Shown here in pieces: positions 18,806 to 28,060 of a stretch of DNA of 64,000 nucleotides. The notes beneath the pieces are model-generated. The model was not told the DNA's origin and made no database searches. It saw only the letters and a program-made list of their open reading frames with translations. How positions within the stretch are numbered: position 1 is the stretch's first letter; each line of letters starts with the position of its first letter. The stretch is from positions 140,652-204,651 of the IMG/VR virus record IMGVR_UViG_3300035703_000010, one strand, 5' to 3'. The translations under genes were made by a program, and so were the position numbers.

Positions 18806-18863
18806 AGATATTCATAATTAACAATGAACTTTTAAAATAAAAAAGCGTAATATAGGAAATGTT

Positions 18864-19832
18864 ATGAAAACCAAGAAAGCACTATTAACAGGCGCAGCTG
18901 GATTTATTGGAAGCAACTTGGCAAAAGAACTTTTGTCTAAAGGCGTAGACTTAGATGTTGTTGATGATCTTTCAAGCGGTCATGTAGAGTTTTTACCTCA
19001 GCAGCTTCAAGAAACGTTAATAAAAGAGGATTTTTCATCACAAAATGTTTTAGATTTGATTAAAAACAAAAAATATGATGCTGTTTTTCACATTGCAGCA
19101 ATTCCTCGAGTCAGCTATTCTGTAGATTTTCCAGTACAAACAAATGACAATAACGTATCTAAGACCCTGTCATTAATTGATGCTTGTAGAGGTAATGTAG
19201 GAAGATTTGTTTTTGCTTCTTCATCATCAGTGTACGGCGATACGAATATTTTACCAACTCCTGTTACATGTGAAAAAAATCCTAAATCTCCATATGCATT
19301 ACAAAAATCTATCATAGAAGATTATTTGAAAATTTATTACAATTTGTATGGATTGGACTCTGCTTGCTTAAGGTTTTTTAACGTATTCGGTCCTCATCAG
19401 CTTGGAAATTCTCCGTATTCTACTGCTTTAGGGGCTTGGTTGACTGCAATCCATTCTGGAAATCAAATGCGATCTGATGGAGACGGATCACAATCCAGAG
19501 ATTTATGTTATGTTGATAACGTTGTTGACGTTTGTATAAGAGCAGCAGAGTCCCAACAAGAATTAAAAGCCGTTAAATTAAACGTAGCTTGCGGAGTAAG
19601 AACTACGAATAAAGAAATTCTTTCTTACCTTTTATCCAAATATCCAAATGCAAAATATTATGATGCACCATGGAGACCAGGTGACGTAATGCATACATTA
19701 GCTGATATTTCTATGACAAAGGAAGTTTTAGGTTATGAGCCTTTAGTCCTTCCTTGGGAAGGGATTGATAAAACCATTAAATGGTATGATGAAAATTGGG
19801 ATATGATTAAAACTCTAGGTCTTTCAAAATGA
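18864..19832 (+). CDS. NAD-dependent NDP-sugar epimerase/dehydratase (extended SDR) 2
   Basis: GAAGFIG, HIAAIPRV, ASSSSVYG, YALQK, RFFNVFG, RPGDV. Confidence 0.93.
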   Translation: MKTKKALLTGAAGFIGSNLAKELLSKGVDLDVVDDLSSGHVEFLPQQLQETLIKEDFSSQNVLDLIKNKKYDAVFHIAAIPRVSYSVDFPVQTNDNNVSKTLSLIDACRGNVGRFVFASSSSVYGDTNILPTPVTCEKNPKSPYALQKSIIEDYLKIYYNLYGLDSACLRFFNVFGPHQLGNSPYSTALGAWLTAIHSGNQMRSDGDGSQSRDLCYVDNVVDVCIRAAESQQELKAVKLNVACGVRTTNKEILSYLLSKYPNAKYYDAPWRPGDVMHTLADISMTKEVLGYEPLVLPWEGIDKTIKWYDENWDMIKTLGLSK

Positions 19833-20830
19833 AAGTTTACGAGAATTTCACTGAAGCTTACGTCGACATTGTCAAAGATGTCTATACAGAGCCTGAATTC
19901 ATTTCGTCTCCTCGCGGAATGAAGATCAAGGAGATCTTGGGATACCAATTCAAGATCCTTAATCCTCGAAACAGAATTCCTTATGTTCCTGGAAGAGAGC
20001 TGTCGATCCACTACATGATCGCAGAGCTTCTTTGGTATTTGAGCGGAAATGATTCAACGGATTGGATCTCGAACTATTCTGCTTTCTGGTCAAAGATCTC
20101 AGATGACGGCAAGACGGCCAACAGCGCTTATGGCGCTCGTATTTTCAAGCCTCATGATAGAATCGCAGCTAAGGTAAAACAGGACTGGACCCAATGGAAT
20201 TATGTCGTAAATGAACTAAAGTCCGACCCTGATTCTCGCCGTGCCGTTGTTCATATCAGGTCTCCGCAGGATTCCATTCTTGCTAGCCTTGATGTGCCGT
20301 GTACTTTATCTCTTCAATTCTTTTTGAGGAATGACAAGGTTCACATGGTAACATCCATGAGATCATCCGATGTTATCCTTGGTTTAGCTTATGATGTTCC
20401 AGCATTTACTATCTTCCAAGAACTTTTGGCTCTTCAACTTACTCTAGAGCTAGGTCGTCCTATTGGTCTTGGGACATACACTCATTTAAGCGCTTCTCTT
20501 CATTTGTACGAGAGGCATTTTAAAATGGCAGAAAAAATACTTGAGGAAGATAAGAAGCAGGATTATAGAAATGTTTTAGAGATGCCTCCTATGCCTTCTA
20601 TGCCTCCGCTTGATGATCTGATGGTAGCGGAACGTGAGATTAAAAAGTGTATGACGGTTCCTGTTCTTTCAAGGGCGATTAATAACATCAACTTGAAAAG
20701 TGATTATTGGAACGATTGGTGTAGAGTTTTAGCATCTCATAAAGCTATTAAACTAAACGATGAACAAGCTTGTAACGAATTACTTTCTAATACAAAATTT
20801 GAAGGATACAGGTATTTCATAAAATCATGA
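19829..20830 (+). CDS. Thymidylate synthase homologue predicted to act on dCMP (dCMP hydroxymethylase-like)
   Basis: AELLWYLSG, SRRAV, catalytic PC (Cys158), MRSSDVILGLAYD with Asp189 at the position of E. coli ThyA Asn177, H.YERH. Confidence 0.8.
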   Translation: MKVYENFTEAYVDIVKDVYTEPEFISSPRGMKIKEILGYQFKILNPRNRIPYVPGRELSIHYMIAELLWYLSGNDSTDWISNYSAFWSKISDDGKTANSAYGARIFKPHDRIAAKVKQDWTQWNYVVNELKSDPDSRRAVVHIRSPQDSILASLDVPCTLSLQFFLRNDKVHMVTSMRSSDVILGLAYDVPAFTIFQELLALQLTLELGRPIGLGTYTHLSASLHLYERHFKMAEKILEEDKKQDYRNVLEMPPMPSMPPLDDLMVAEREIKKCMTVPVLSRAINNINLKSDYWNDWCRVLASHKAIKLNDEQACNELLSNTKFEGYRYFIKS

Positions 20831-21405
20831 CTACGACATTTACTGTATTTTGTGGACCCATGTTTTCTGCTAAGACCACATCTTTGTTGTCTGTTTTAGA
20901 CAGGTTTAAATATCAAGGTAAGAAGATTGCAGTTTTTAAACCCATGCTAGATGATCGATACAGTGTAGATAACATATCAACTCATGGAGGATGGAAAATT
21001 CCTGCAACTTGCGTAAAATTAGGAACCGATATTCTTGAGCATCTTGCAAATATGGATGAAAATCCTAATGTAATTGCAGTAGATGAAGCTTTTATGATTC
21101 CTGGAGTTGCCGATGTTCTTATTTGGTTGTATCGAAGCGGTTATTCTATCGTTGTTTCCAGTTTAGACTTGTCAGCAACTGGAAAGTCATTTAATGAAAT
21201 CGAAAAAATGCTTCCTTGGGCAACTAAGGTCGAAAAACTAAGCGCAGTTTGTACAGTATGTAATAAAGATGCTTTTTACACATATAAAAAGCAAACAGGC
21301 GGAGATGAGATTGAAGTAGGAGGCGTTGAATTGTATGAGCCTAGATGTTCTAGATGCCATCCTATAATTCTAAATCAAGATAGAAATTATGCCATGAAGG
21401 ATTGA
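20827..21405 (+). CDS. tdk: Thymidine kinase
   Basis: GPMFSAKTT, VDEA, C-terminal CxxC..CxxC, IEVGG.E.YEPRC. Confidence 0.95.
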   Translation: MTTTFTVFCGPMFSAKTTSLLSVLDRFKYQGKKIAVFKPMLDDRYSVDNISTHGGWKIPATCVKLGTDILEHLANMDENPNVIAVDEAFMIPGVADVLIWLYRSGYSIVVSSLDLSATGKSFNEIEKMLPWATKVEKLSAVCTVCNKDAFYTYKKQTGGDEIEVGGVELYEPRCSRCHPIILNQDRNYAMKD

Positions 21406-21408
21406 TTT

Positions 21409-21888
21409 ATGTCAAATTCTTTAGAACGTAGTATTCAAAAATTGAGCGTTTTCATGAAAATGTGCAATGAATTGTCTACGCTGTCATATGATGACAAATA
21501 TAAAGTTGCTTCTATAATAATAACGAAGGATTATAGAGAAGTTTGTGCTATAGGATATAATGGAGGATACAAAGGCGGTCCTAATAAAAGATCATCTTTA
21601 GAACAAGGAAAATCAGGGTTTTTGCATGCTGAAGAGAATGCATTGTTCCATTTATGCAAACCTTATGAACTTAGAGGTGATCTTTTGATGCTATGCACTC
21701 ATAAACCATGTTCAATGTGCGCAAGAAGAATTGTCAATAGTGGGATTAAGAACATTATCTATTATTCTGATTATATTGATGCAGAAGCCGCTTCCGATGA
21801 TATTTTTAAGGTTACTGGAACTTCTTGTGTTAAATTTGATCAACTTTTGCAGAATCCAGCTATTATCCTGAATATTCTAGAGTCCTGA
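21409..21888 (+). CDS. dCMP deaminase
   Basis: IGYNG, HAEENA, PCSMC, IVNSGI. Confidence 0.93.
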   Translation: MSNSLERSIQKLSVFMKMCNELSTLSYDDKYKVASIIITKDYREVCAIGYNGGYKGGPNKRSSLEQGKSGFLHAEENALFHLCKPYELRGDLLMLCTHKPCSMCARRIVNSGIKNIIYYSDYIDAEAASDDIFKVTGTSCVKFDQLLQNPAIILNILES

Positions 21889-21916
21889 TCGATAATTACT
21901 TAGAAGCGGAGTTGTT

Positions 21917-22282
21917 ATGAAGCATAAGCTTACAGAAAATTACATTATCAATATTATGAGAGAAGAATGGCAAAAAAAAATTAATTCTTTAATCTCAGAA
22001 TCAAAGAAAGAAAAGCCGCGTGGTCTTCGCATGCAGGTTGATGTTGACGGCGACGGAAATAAAGAAAACGTTATAGACGTTGGATTACGAGTTCAAAAAA
22101 AGAAGCCTGACGATAAAAGGATCAATGTAAAAAGTGATCCTTCCATGGGTTTAGTATATACGGTTGTTTCAGTAAATGAACGAGATGGTACAATAACGTT
22201 AGGACGTCCAGGATCAGGAGACGGAGATAAAACAATAGTTATAACTAAACAAGCTTTTGAAAGCGAATACGAAAGAAAGTGA
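21917..22282 (+). CDS. Hypothetical protein with leader motif
   Basis: MKHKLTENYIINIMREEW; ATAATTA at 21892-21898; SD GCGGAG. Confidence 0.55.
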   Translation: MKHKLTENYIINIMREEWQKKINSLISESKKEKPRGLRMQVDVDGDGNKENVIDVGLRVQKKKPDDKRINVKSDPSMGLVYTVVSVNERDGTITLGRPGSGDGDKTIVITKQAFESEYERK

Positions 22283-22292
22283 TAATAACATC

Positions 22293-23024
22293 ATGAACAT
22301 TAAATCTTTAGGCGTAGATTTAGATAACATCTTAAAAGATGTTGTGAAAAATTCTATTAAAACACAAACAAATCAGTTACCAACTATTGAAAAGTTAGAT
22401 GAAGCTTATGTTGCTGAACCAAAGGTTTTTAAGCAAGTATCAGAATTTTCTACACAAAAAACTAAAGATTCACATGATGCGTTATACAAAGGTTATGTAG
22501 AGTCATTAAACAAAATTTCTGCCGAATTAGATTCAGCCGATCGATCTTCTGCTGATTCAAAGCATTCTCAATATCGTTCTTTAAAGCTTGATGAAGTTTA
22601 TAATTTAAATGCAACATGGCTTCATGAACTATATTTTGCAAATGCATTTGATCCTCATTCTGAAATTACCATGGATTCTTTATCATACATGAGGCTTGAA
22701 CGCGATTTCGGAACTTTTGAAGATTGGCAAAGAGATTTTATGGCATGTGCAATGTCAGCCGGTAGCGGATGGGCAGTTTGCGGATATCACATGTTTCTTC
22801 AACGATACGTTAATACAGTAATAAGCAATCACAGTGATAATGTAATGTTGGGACTTTATCCCATTATCGTTGTAGACATGTGGGAACATGCTTATTATCG
22901 TGATTATCTAAATGACAAAAAGAGTCATTTAGTTGCAAGAATGAGAGAATTTGATTGGGAAGTTATCGAAGAAAGAATTAAAAAAGCAGAACTATTCGCC
23001 CAGACGCTAAAGGTGAACCGATGA
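22293..23024 (+). CDS. Fe/Mn superoxide dismutase
   Basis: Ligand pattern SHDALY.GYV, LHELYF, GSGWAV, DMWEHAYY; extra N-terminal segment; start moved to ATG 22293. Confidence 0.9.
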   Translation: MNIKSLGVDLDNILKDVVKNSIKTQTNQLPTIEKLDEAYVAEPKVFKQVSEFSTQKTKDSHDALYKGYVESLNKISAELDSADRSSADSKHSQYRSLKLDEVYNLNATWLHELYFANAFDPHSEITMDSLSYMRLERDFGTFEDWQRDFMACAMSAGSGWAVCGYHMFLQRYVNTVISNHSDNVMLGLYPIIVVDMWEHAYYRDYLNDKKSHLVARMREFDWEVIEERIKKAELFAQTLKVNR

Positions 23025-23575
23025 CTCGAAAATTAGACGTTTTTAAATTAAAGAAAATAATTCAGGAACAAGTAAAGCTAGTTCTTGAACAAAAAGAAAA
23101 AAAAGAAATTGAAGATTCTTTAGATCAACAAGTTGATGATCTGCTAGCATCCTATGAATCTGAATCAAGATCAAAGAAAAATGAAGGTTTAGATTTTAGA
23201 ATGATGACTCGCAGGTTTTTATCTTCAACAACTCGTACTTTAGTAGAAGCACAAGATGAAGATAAAAAAGAAGAAGAACCTTCAGAAGAAAAGAAAAAAT
23301 TAACAATTGAAGATATTGATGTTGAAGAATTTGCTTCAAACGTGGCAAGAATGATTGAGAATTATGATTCTTTGCTTGAAGTAAGAAATACTCTTGCTAG
23401 AAGAGCTGTCAATTTTTTAATTGAAAACTATGAAGAAGACGTCGTTAATCAATTCAAAGACGTATTAGAAGAAGTACACGATATTGAAATAGGAAAGTCA
23501 AAAGCAGAAATTGAAGATGAGAATTTTCAAGCACCACCAGCTGATCGTGCCGGAGGTGGTGGAGGTGCCGCTTGA
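23021..23575 (+). CDS. Acidic hypothetical protein with leader motif
   Basis: MTRKLDVFKLKKIIQEQV; LVEA site; GGGGG tail. Confidence 0.55.
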   Translation: MTRKLDVFKLKKIIQEQVKLVLEQKEKKEIEDSLDQQVDDLLASYESESRSKKNEGLDFRMMTRRFLSSTTRTLVEAQDEDKKEEEPSEEKKKLTIEDIDVEEFASNVARMIENYDSLLEVRNTLARRAVNFLIENYEEDVVNQFKDVLEEVHDIEIGKSKAEIEDENFQAPPADRAGGGGGAA

Positions 23576-23874
23576 TTCGTACTGATATTCTTTACGATAA
23601 AAAGTGCATTCATGTTAAGTTAACGAAAAATACTCATTTAAAATTAAGAGAAAAATTATTTCAGTATCAACTTTCAATGCAATCAGTTTTTGATGAATTT
23701 GCAAGACTGATAATAGAAGATGATAAAGTTGCAATTAAAGTATTAGAAGATCTTTGCTTAAGACGAGCAAAATTAGAACTTGAAAAACCTATAAAAAAGA
23801 CAACTTCATATAATAGAGATCGCATTAATGAACTAGATCATAATACGTTGTATAATATGATCAACGATGACTGA
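23572..23874 (+). CDS. Hypothetical protein, possible ribbon-helix-helix DNA binder
   Basis: CIHVKL (strand) followed by two helices; translationally coupled. Confidence 0.45.
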   Translation: MIRTDILYDKKCIHVKLTKNTHLKLREKLFQYQLSMQSVFDEFARLIIEDDKVAIKVLEDLCLRRAKLELEKPIKKTTSYNRDRINELDHNTLYNMINDD

Positions 23875-24166
23875 AGAAAAAAAACAAAAAGAAGATAGAC
23901 CAAAGATAAAATTATTTGATTATATCTTTGAGTCTTCAATCAAGTCTTCAAAAACAATACAAGGTATTGTTGCTGAGTTAGTCTTATTGACTGAAGACAT
24001 ACGTTCATTACGCGATACACTATTGGCACTATCAAAGGTCATACAAGTTCATCAAGGTATCATAGAAGATATTTGCATTGCATTTGAGCATGCTGCGAAG
24101 CAAGCTAAAAAAGATGAAATTTTATTACCTACGATTAAAGACGCAAAAAAGGATAAACTTAACTAA
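23867..24166 (+). CDS. Coiled-coil hypothetical protein
   Basis: Heptad-like helix; coupled ORF. Confidence 0.5.
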   Translation: MTEEKKQKEDRPKIKLFDYIFESSIKSSKTIQGIVAELVLLTEDIRSLRDTLLALSKVIQVHQGIIEDICIAFEHAAKQAKKDEILLPTIKDAKKDKLN

Positions 24167-24556
24167 ATGACTTGGAATAAAGTTTTAAAAACTGCAAAAA
24201 AATATTGGCAATATGTTGCTTTATTTTTTGTTGGTATTTTTGGATTTATAATTTTTAGAAAAAAAGAAGTTGCTTCTGATGATCAAAAATCTTCTAGAGA
24301 TTCAAAAAACAATCAATTAGACCAAATTGACGTTATAAGAAAAGATGAACGAGATCAACAAGATGCAGTTGATAAAACTCTTGAAGATGGATTAAAAGTT
24401 GTTGAACAGCAGTATGAGCAACAAAAGAAAGAATTGACGCAAAAGAAAAAAGAAGAAATAAAGAACGTTTTAGAAATGCACAAAAATGATCCAGTCGGAT
24501 TAGCAAAAAAACTGTCAGAGGTGACTGGATTTAAAATTATAATGCCAGAAGAATGA
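24167..24556 (+). CDS. N-terminal TM plus coiled-coil protein (possible spanin-like)
   Basis: YVALFFVGIFGFIIF then a long charged helix. Confidence 0.5.
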   Translation: MTWNKVLKTAKKYWQYVALFFVGIFGFIIFRKKEVASDDQKSSRDSKNNQLDQIDVIRKDERDQQDAVDKTLEDGLKVVEQQYEQQKKELTQKKKEEIKNVLEMHKNDPVGLAKKLSEVTGFKIIMPEE

Positions 24557-25128
24557 GATATATGAAAAATAAATTAATTAATTTAGTTGTAGCTTTGTCT
24601 ATTACGATGTCTTCAGTCTCTAATGCAGATGATTATTCTTTGAGTCCAGACCCTGAAGAAGCAATAGACATTAACGTCGTTCCAAAAACAACGACGTTAA
24701 CATTTCCAGAAATTCCAGAAATTCCAGAATCAGAACCTGATGTTGGTGAAGCAATTTCTCCAATGAAAAGATGGCAAAGGGCTCCTTTTACGGGCTTATT
24801 GCTTTCTCCAAGAGCTATTGCTTCTATCATGTATGATCTTCAAGAAAAACAAGATTTAATTGAAATTGAAGTCAATAAAGTAACAAAGAAGCTTAATTTA
24901 TTGCACAATCACGAAATATCAATTTTAAAGATTAGAAATGAATCAGATTCAAAAATTGATAAACTAAGAATTGAAGAACAGAAGAAAGAAATTGAAAAGC
25001 TTGATCTTCAAATAAAAAAAGAAAGAGAAAGCCGTCCTGATCCACTACTATGGGCATCAATCGGAGCAGGGGCAGGAATTGTATTAACAACACTAACGGC
25101 TGCAGTTATTGTTTCAGTTGGAAAATAA
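24553..25128 (+). CDS. Secreted coiled-coil protein with a C-terminal TM anchor
   Basis: Signal-peptide-like N-terminus ending SNA; C-terminal LLWASIGAGAGIVLTTLTAAVIVSV. Confidence 0.55.
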   Translation: MRYMKNKLINLVVALSITMSSVSNADDYSLSPDPEEAIDINVVPKTTTLTFPEIPEIPESEPDVGEAISPMKRWQRAPFTGLLLSPRAIASIMYDLQEKQDLIEIEVNKVTKKLNLLHNHEISILKIRNESDSKIDKLRIEEQKKEIEKLDLQIKKERESRPDPLLWASIGAGAGIVLTTLTAAVIVSVGK

Positions 25129-25138
25129 ATGAAATAGA

Positions 25139-25459
25139 ATGGTGGAAAAAATGGTAAAAAAATCGCAAGAAGATAAAAAAGTTCAAGACGCTCAGCAAAA
25201 AGAAAATAAAGTTCCTTGGTGGTGGATGAGAAATGATAAGGGACTTCAGTCTGTTTCAGTTACGTTTTCAGCTGTTTCTTTTATTGTTACCACTTTAATT
25301 TACTTAGGATCTGCATTTGAAAAAATAGGTCCAATCACGTTTAGGCCGTTTGACGTATCTGCAGCAATGACATATTTTATTCCTGTATTATCTTTGTATT
25401 TCGGCAGAAGACTTACTGATGCAAAATACAACGTTACGAATAAAAATGACGCAGTCTGA
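25139..25459 (+). CDS. Small two-TM membrane protein (holin-like topology)
   Basis: Two hydrophobic segments and a basic C-terminus. Confidence 0.45.
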   Translation: MVEKMVKKSQEDKKVQDAQQKENKVPWWWMRNDKGLQSVSVTFSAVSFIVTTLIYLGSAFEKIGPITFRPFDVSAAMTYFIPVLSLYFGRRLTDAKYNVTNKNDAV

Positions 25460-25480
25460 TAATACTTATCGACATTCGAC

Positions 25481-26338
25481 ATGCATCATATTTTAATAAC
25501 AGAATCATCTCTACGAGAATTGTTAAAAGAAATAATGGACTCATCTGCTCCTGTTAATGTAAACCCAGTAGTAGATCCACAGGCAGCAGAAACAAATCCT
25601 ACAAATCAAAATTTTTCTCCTGACAATAAAATAGAATTAATGTCTGCATTAAGAATGTTGGTAAATTCTGTAAATGATGAAGATGCTAACGATGTATACG
25701 TCGCAATTAAAGATGCAATAGAAGAAAAGGAAGATGAAATGAAAAAGGCTAACGTTGAAGAAGCAATTCGTATGACAATTAGAAAGATGCTAACTGAAGT
25801 GAACGATGATGATAGTGAAGACGATCTTCCAGGTCTTCCACCAGTAACAAAAATTCCAGCTGGACAACATGGTTCAGAGTTCATGAAAAGATTTGAGAAG
25901 TCAAAAGCAGGATTACAAAAAACGTTTTCATCCATGAGAGATGAAGATTATGAACAACCTAGAGCAGATGAGCCTGCAGCTGGTAGAGGAAGAAAAAACG
26001 TAATGATGACAGACGTTAGCGGTGCATCATTTAAAGATATAGCAAAAGAGATGGGTTTTGCAGCTGAGTCAGGGGCAAAACAAGCTGTAGAGAAAGCATT
26101 ATCAAAAGCAAAATTCGTTATGAAAATGGATTTAATGGATCCAGAACAATTAGAAATTATCGTTCTTCAAAGCATGAAAGATTACATTGATGTATTGAAG
26201 AATACAGGAGAACTTGACACAGCAGAAGTCAAGATATTAAAAGATAACCCAGGAATAGTTCGAGAATTAGATGGATTCAGAGAATTTTTGGATAAAGAAT
26301 TAAGAAAAGTAAGAAAATCCAACGAAGGCGAAGAATGA
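25481..26338 (+). CDS. Hypothetical protein with leader motifs and a C-terminal helix-turn-helix
   Basis: ITESSLRELLKEI; internal EEAIRMTIRKMLTE; ASFKDIAKEMGF..GAKQAVEKAL. Confidence 0.55.
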   Translation: MHHILITESSLRELLKEIMDSSAPVNVNPVVDPQAAETNPTNQNFSPDNKIELMSALRMLVNSVNDEDANDVYVAIKDAIEEKEDEMKKANVEEAIRMTIRKMLTEVNDDDSEDDLPGLPPVTKIPAGQHGSEFMKRFEKSKAGLQKTFSSMRDEDYEQPRADEPAAGRGRKNVMMTDVSGASFKDIAKEMGFAAESGAKQAVEKALSKAKFVMKMDLMDPEQLEIIVLQSMKDYIDVLKNTGELDTAEVKILKDNPGIVRELDGFREFLDKELRKVRKSNEGEE

Positions 26339-26342
26339 TAAT

Positions 26343-27101
26343 ATGAATGTTCAAGAAGCCATAGTAGCAGCCGTTCAGTTTGAACCTAAAATACTTAAAG
26401 TTCATGAAAACCTTGGTACGGCAGTTCAGCTTGTTCATGAAGCAGCTGCTAAAGGAGCTTCTGTTATCGTTCTTCCTGAACTTTGTATTAGCGGATACGC
26501 TTTAAGAAATTCTTCTGAGGCAATGGAATGTGCTCAAACAAGAGATGGGTATCAAACTCAAGCCTTTAAAAGAATTGCTGAAAATTATAATTGTCATGTA
26601 GTTTTAGGATACGTAGAACTTAGAGACGGTAATCTTTATAATTCTGCTGGAGTAATAGGTCCTACTGGGTTGGTTTCAAACCATCAAAAACATAATCTTT
26701 GGGGTAGTGATTATCTTTGGGCAACCCCATCTGATGCAATCAATCCAGTAGTGATTACAAGAGCTGGAAGATTAGGCACACTTATTTGCCGCGACGCGAT
26801 GAACAATTATAGAAATTCTTATAAGTTTTTTAATGAAAACCATCGTTTCTATAAAAAAGGATCTATAGATACATTAGCACTATTAACCAACTGGAGCGGT
26901 GAGTATGGCTATCCAGATAATAACTGGGTTGATTTAGCTGAAGAAACATGTTCAAACGTCATCGTTTCTAACAGGGTTGGCAAAGAAAGAGACTTAAGTT
27001 TCAAAGGCGGATCATGCATCATCGATAAAAATCGAAAGATTTGGTCTAATGGTTCATCATTTACCGAATCAGCAGTCGTCGGTGGAGTCATTCTTTTATG
27101 A
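26343..27101 (+). CDS. Carbon-nitrogen hydrolase (nitrilase superfamily)
   Basis: AAVQF, VLPEL (Glu), HQKHNL (Lys), LICRD (Cys), SNRVG. Confidence 0.93.
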   Translation: MNVQEAIVAAVQFEPKILKVHENLGTAVQLVHEAAAKGASVIVLPELCISGYALRNSSEAMECAQTRDGYQTQAFKRIAENYNCHVVLGYVELRDGNLYNSAGVIGPTGLVSNHQKHNLWGSDYLWATPSDAINPVVITRAGRLGTLICRDAMNNYRNSYKFFNENHRFYKKGSIDTLALLTNWSGEYGYPDNNWVDLAEETCSNVIVSNRVGKERDLSFKGGSCIIDKNRKIWSNGSSFTESAVVGGVILL

Positions 27102-27469
27102 AGCTAGTTGATTTAAATAGAGATTTTATAGAAAGAACAGTTAAACCTGTCGTTTCTGGTCTACCGATTAAGGTCTCAAATCCTGACAAATTAATCATTC
27201 CAATAGAAAAATGGAAGATTGATAAAGATAAGAAACTTACAAAAAAGTTTATCTTTGAATCGTACGAAGACAGAAATAGATTTCTTACTTCGATGTTATC
27301 GTACGAATTTCAATTAGGCCATCATGCATCTTTTGAGATGCATGAGCTTGAAATAAAAATATCTTTGTTGACTAAAGGCGTAGAAAAAATAACTGAACTT
27401 GATAAAGAATATGCTAAGTATGCGGACACGGTCCGAAGAGATTTAGTATATAAATTTAAAAATGATTGA
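27098..27469 (+). CDS. Pterin-4-alpha-carbinolamine dehydratase-like protein
   Basis: LTKKF.F.., GHHAS, ITELD..YA..D. Confidence 0.7.
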   Translation: MKLVDLNRDFIERTVKPVVSGLPIKVSNPDKLIIPIEKWKIDKDKKLTKKFIFESYEDRNRFLTSMLSYEFQLGHHASFEMHELEIKISLLTKGVEKITELDKEYAKYADTVRRDLVYKFKND

Positions 27470-27836
27470 CATAGACGATAAGCTAATGATGAGTGAGGAA
27501 TTAATAGGCTTAATTCCAGATCTTGAAGAATATCATAAAGAAAATAAGCCGTTTATTTCTTATAAACTTTTAGGAAATGAATCTGCTTTTAGTTTCTACT
27601 TAAATTCAATTTCGGCAGGAAATACATTTTTTATAGAATATTTCTGCGACTTGAAATCTTCATTAGAAATTACAAAAAATTATAATGAAATTGTAATAGA
27701 AGAATTTAATTTAATTTATAATGAGTTCATTTCTTCATTCGAAGGGCCATTTAAGATTTTAAACGTATCGTTAAAACCAAGTAGCCAATCTGATAAGTCA
27801 TTCTTATTACGTTTAGATTTAATCAAAGACGTGTAA
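27462..27836 (+). CDS. Hypothetical protein
   Basis: Coupled ORF, 124 aa. Confidence 0.5.
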   Translation: MIDIDDKLMMSEELIGLIPDLEEYHKENKPFISYKLLGNESAFSFYLNSISAGNTFFIEYFCDLKSSLEITKNYNEIVIEEFNLIYNEFISSFEGPFKILNVSLKPSSQSDKSFLLRLDLIKDV

Positions 27837-27880
27837 GTTATGTTTTTGTTTGTTCATCCTATTTATTAAAGGAGCGTATC

Positions 27881-28060
27881 ATGTCACAAGACAACGACAA
27901 CGAAGATCTTACTTTCACATTTGATAAATTCATGGATGATATCTTGATAAAAGAATCTGCACAAAAGCCAGTTCTTTTAGAAGAAACTCCATCACGCAAG
28001 TACGTAAAGCGTTACATTGAAAAAGCAGCGAATAGAATCAAATACACAAAGGTGACGTGA
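27881..28060 (+). CDS. Small hypothetical protein (59 aa, not in the ORF track)
   Basis: MSQDNDNEDLTFTFDKFMDDILIKES..; strong SD AAAGGAG; stop overlaps the next start. Confidence 0.7.
   Translation: MSQDNDNEDLTFTFDKFMDDILIKESAQKPVLLEETPSRKYVKRYIEKAANRIKYTKVT

Noticed and set aside
18805-18821. ATANNTA element for the 18086..18805 gene
   Set aside because: The only match overlaps the start codon and the upstream candidate is TTAATTA, so it was not counted among the promoter instances
19829-20830. Ordinary thymidylate synthase (thyA)
   Set aside because: Asp replaces the dUMP-specifying Asn and the neighbours are a glycosyltransferase, a kinase and epimerases, so the thyA symbol is withheld
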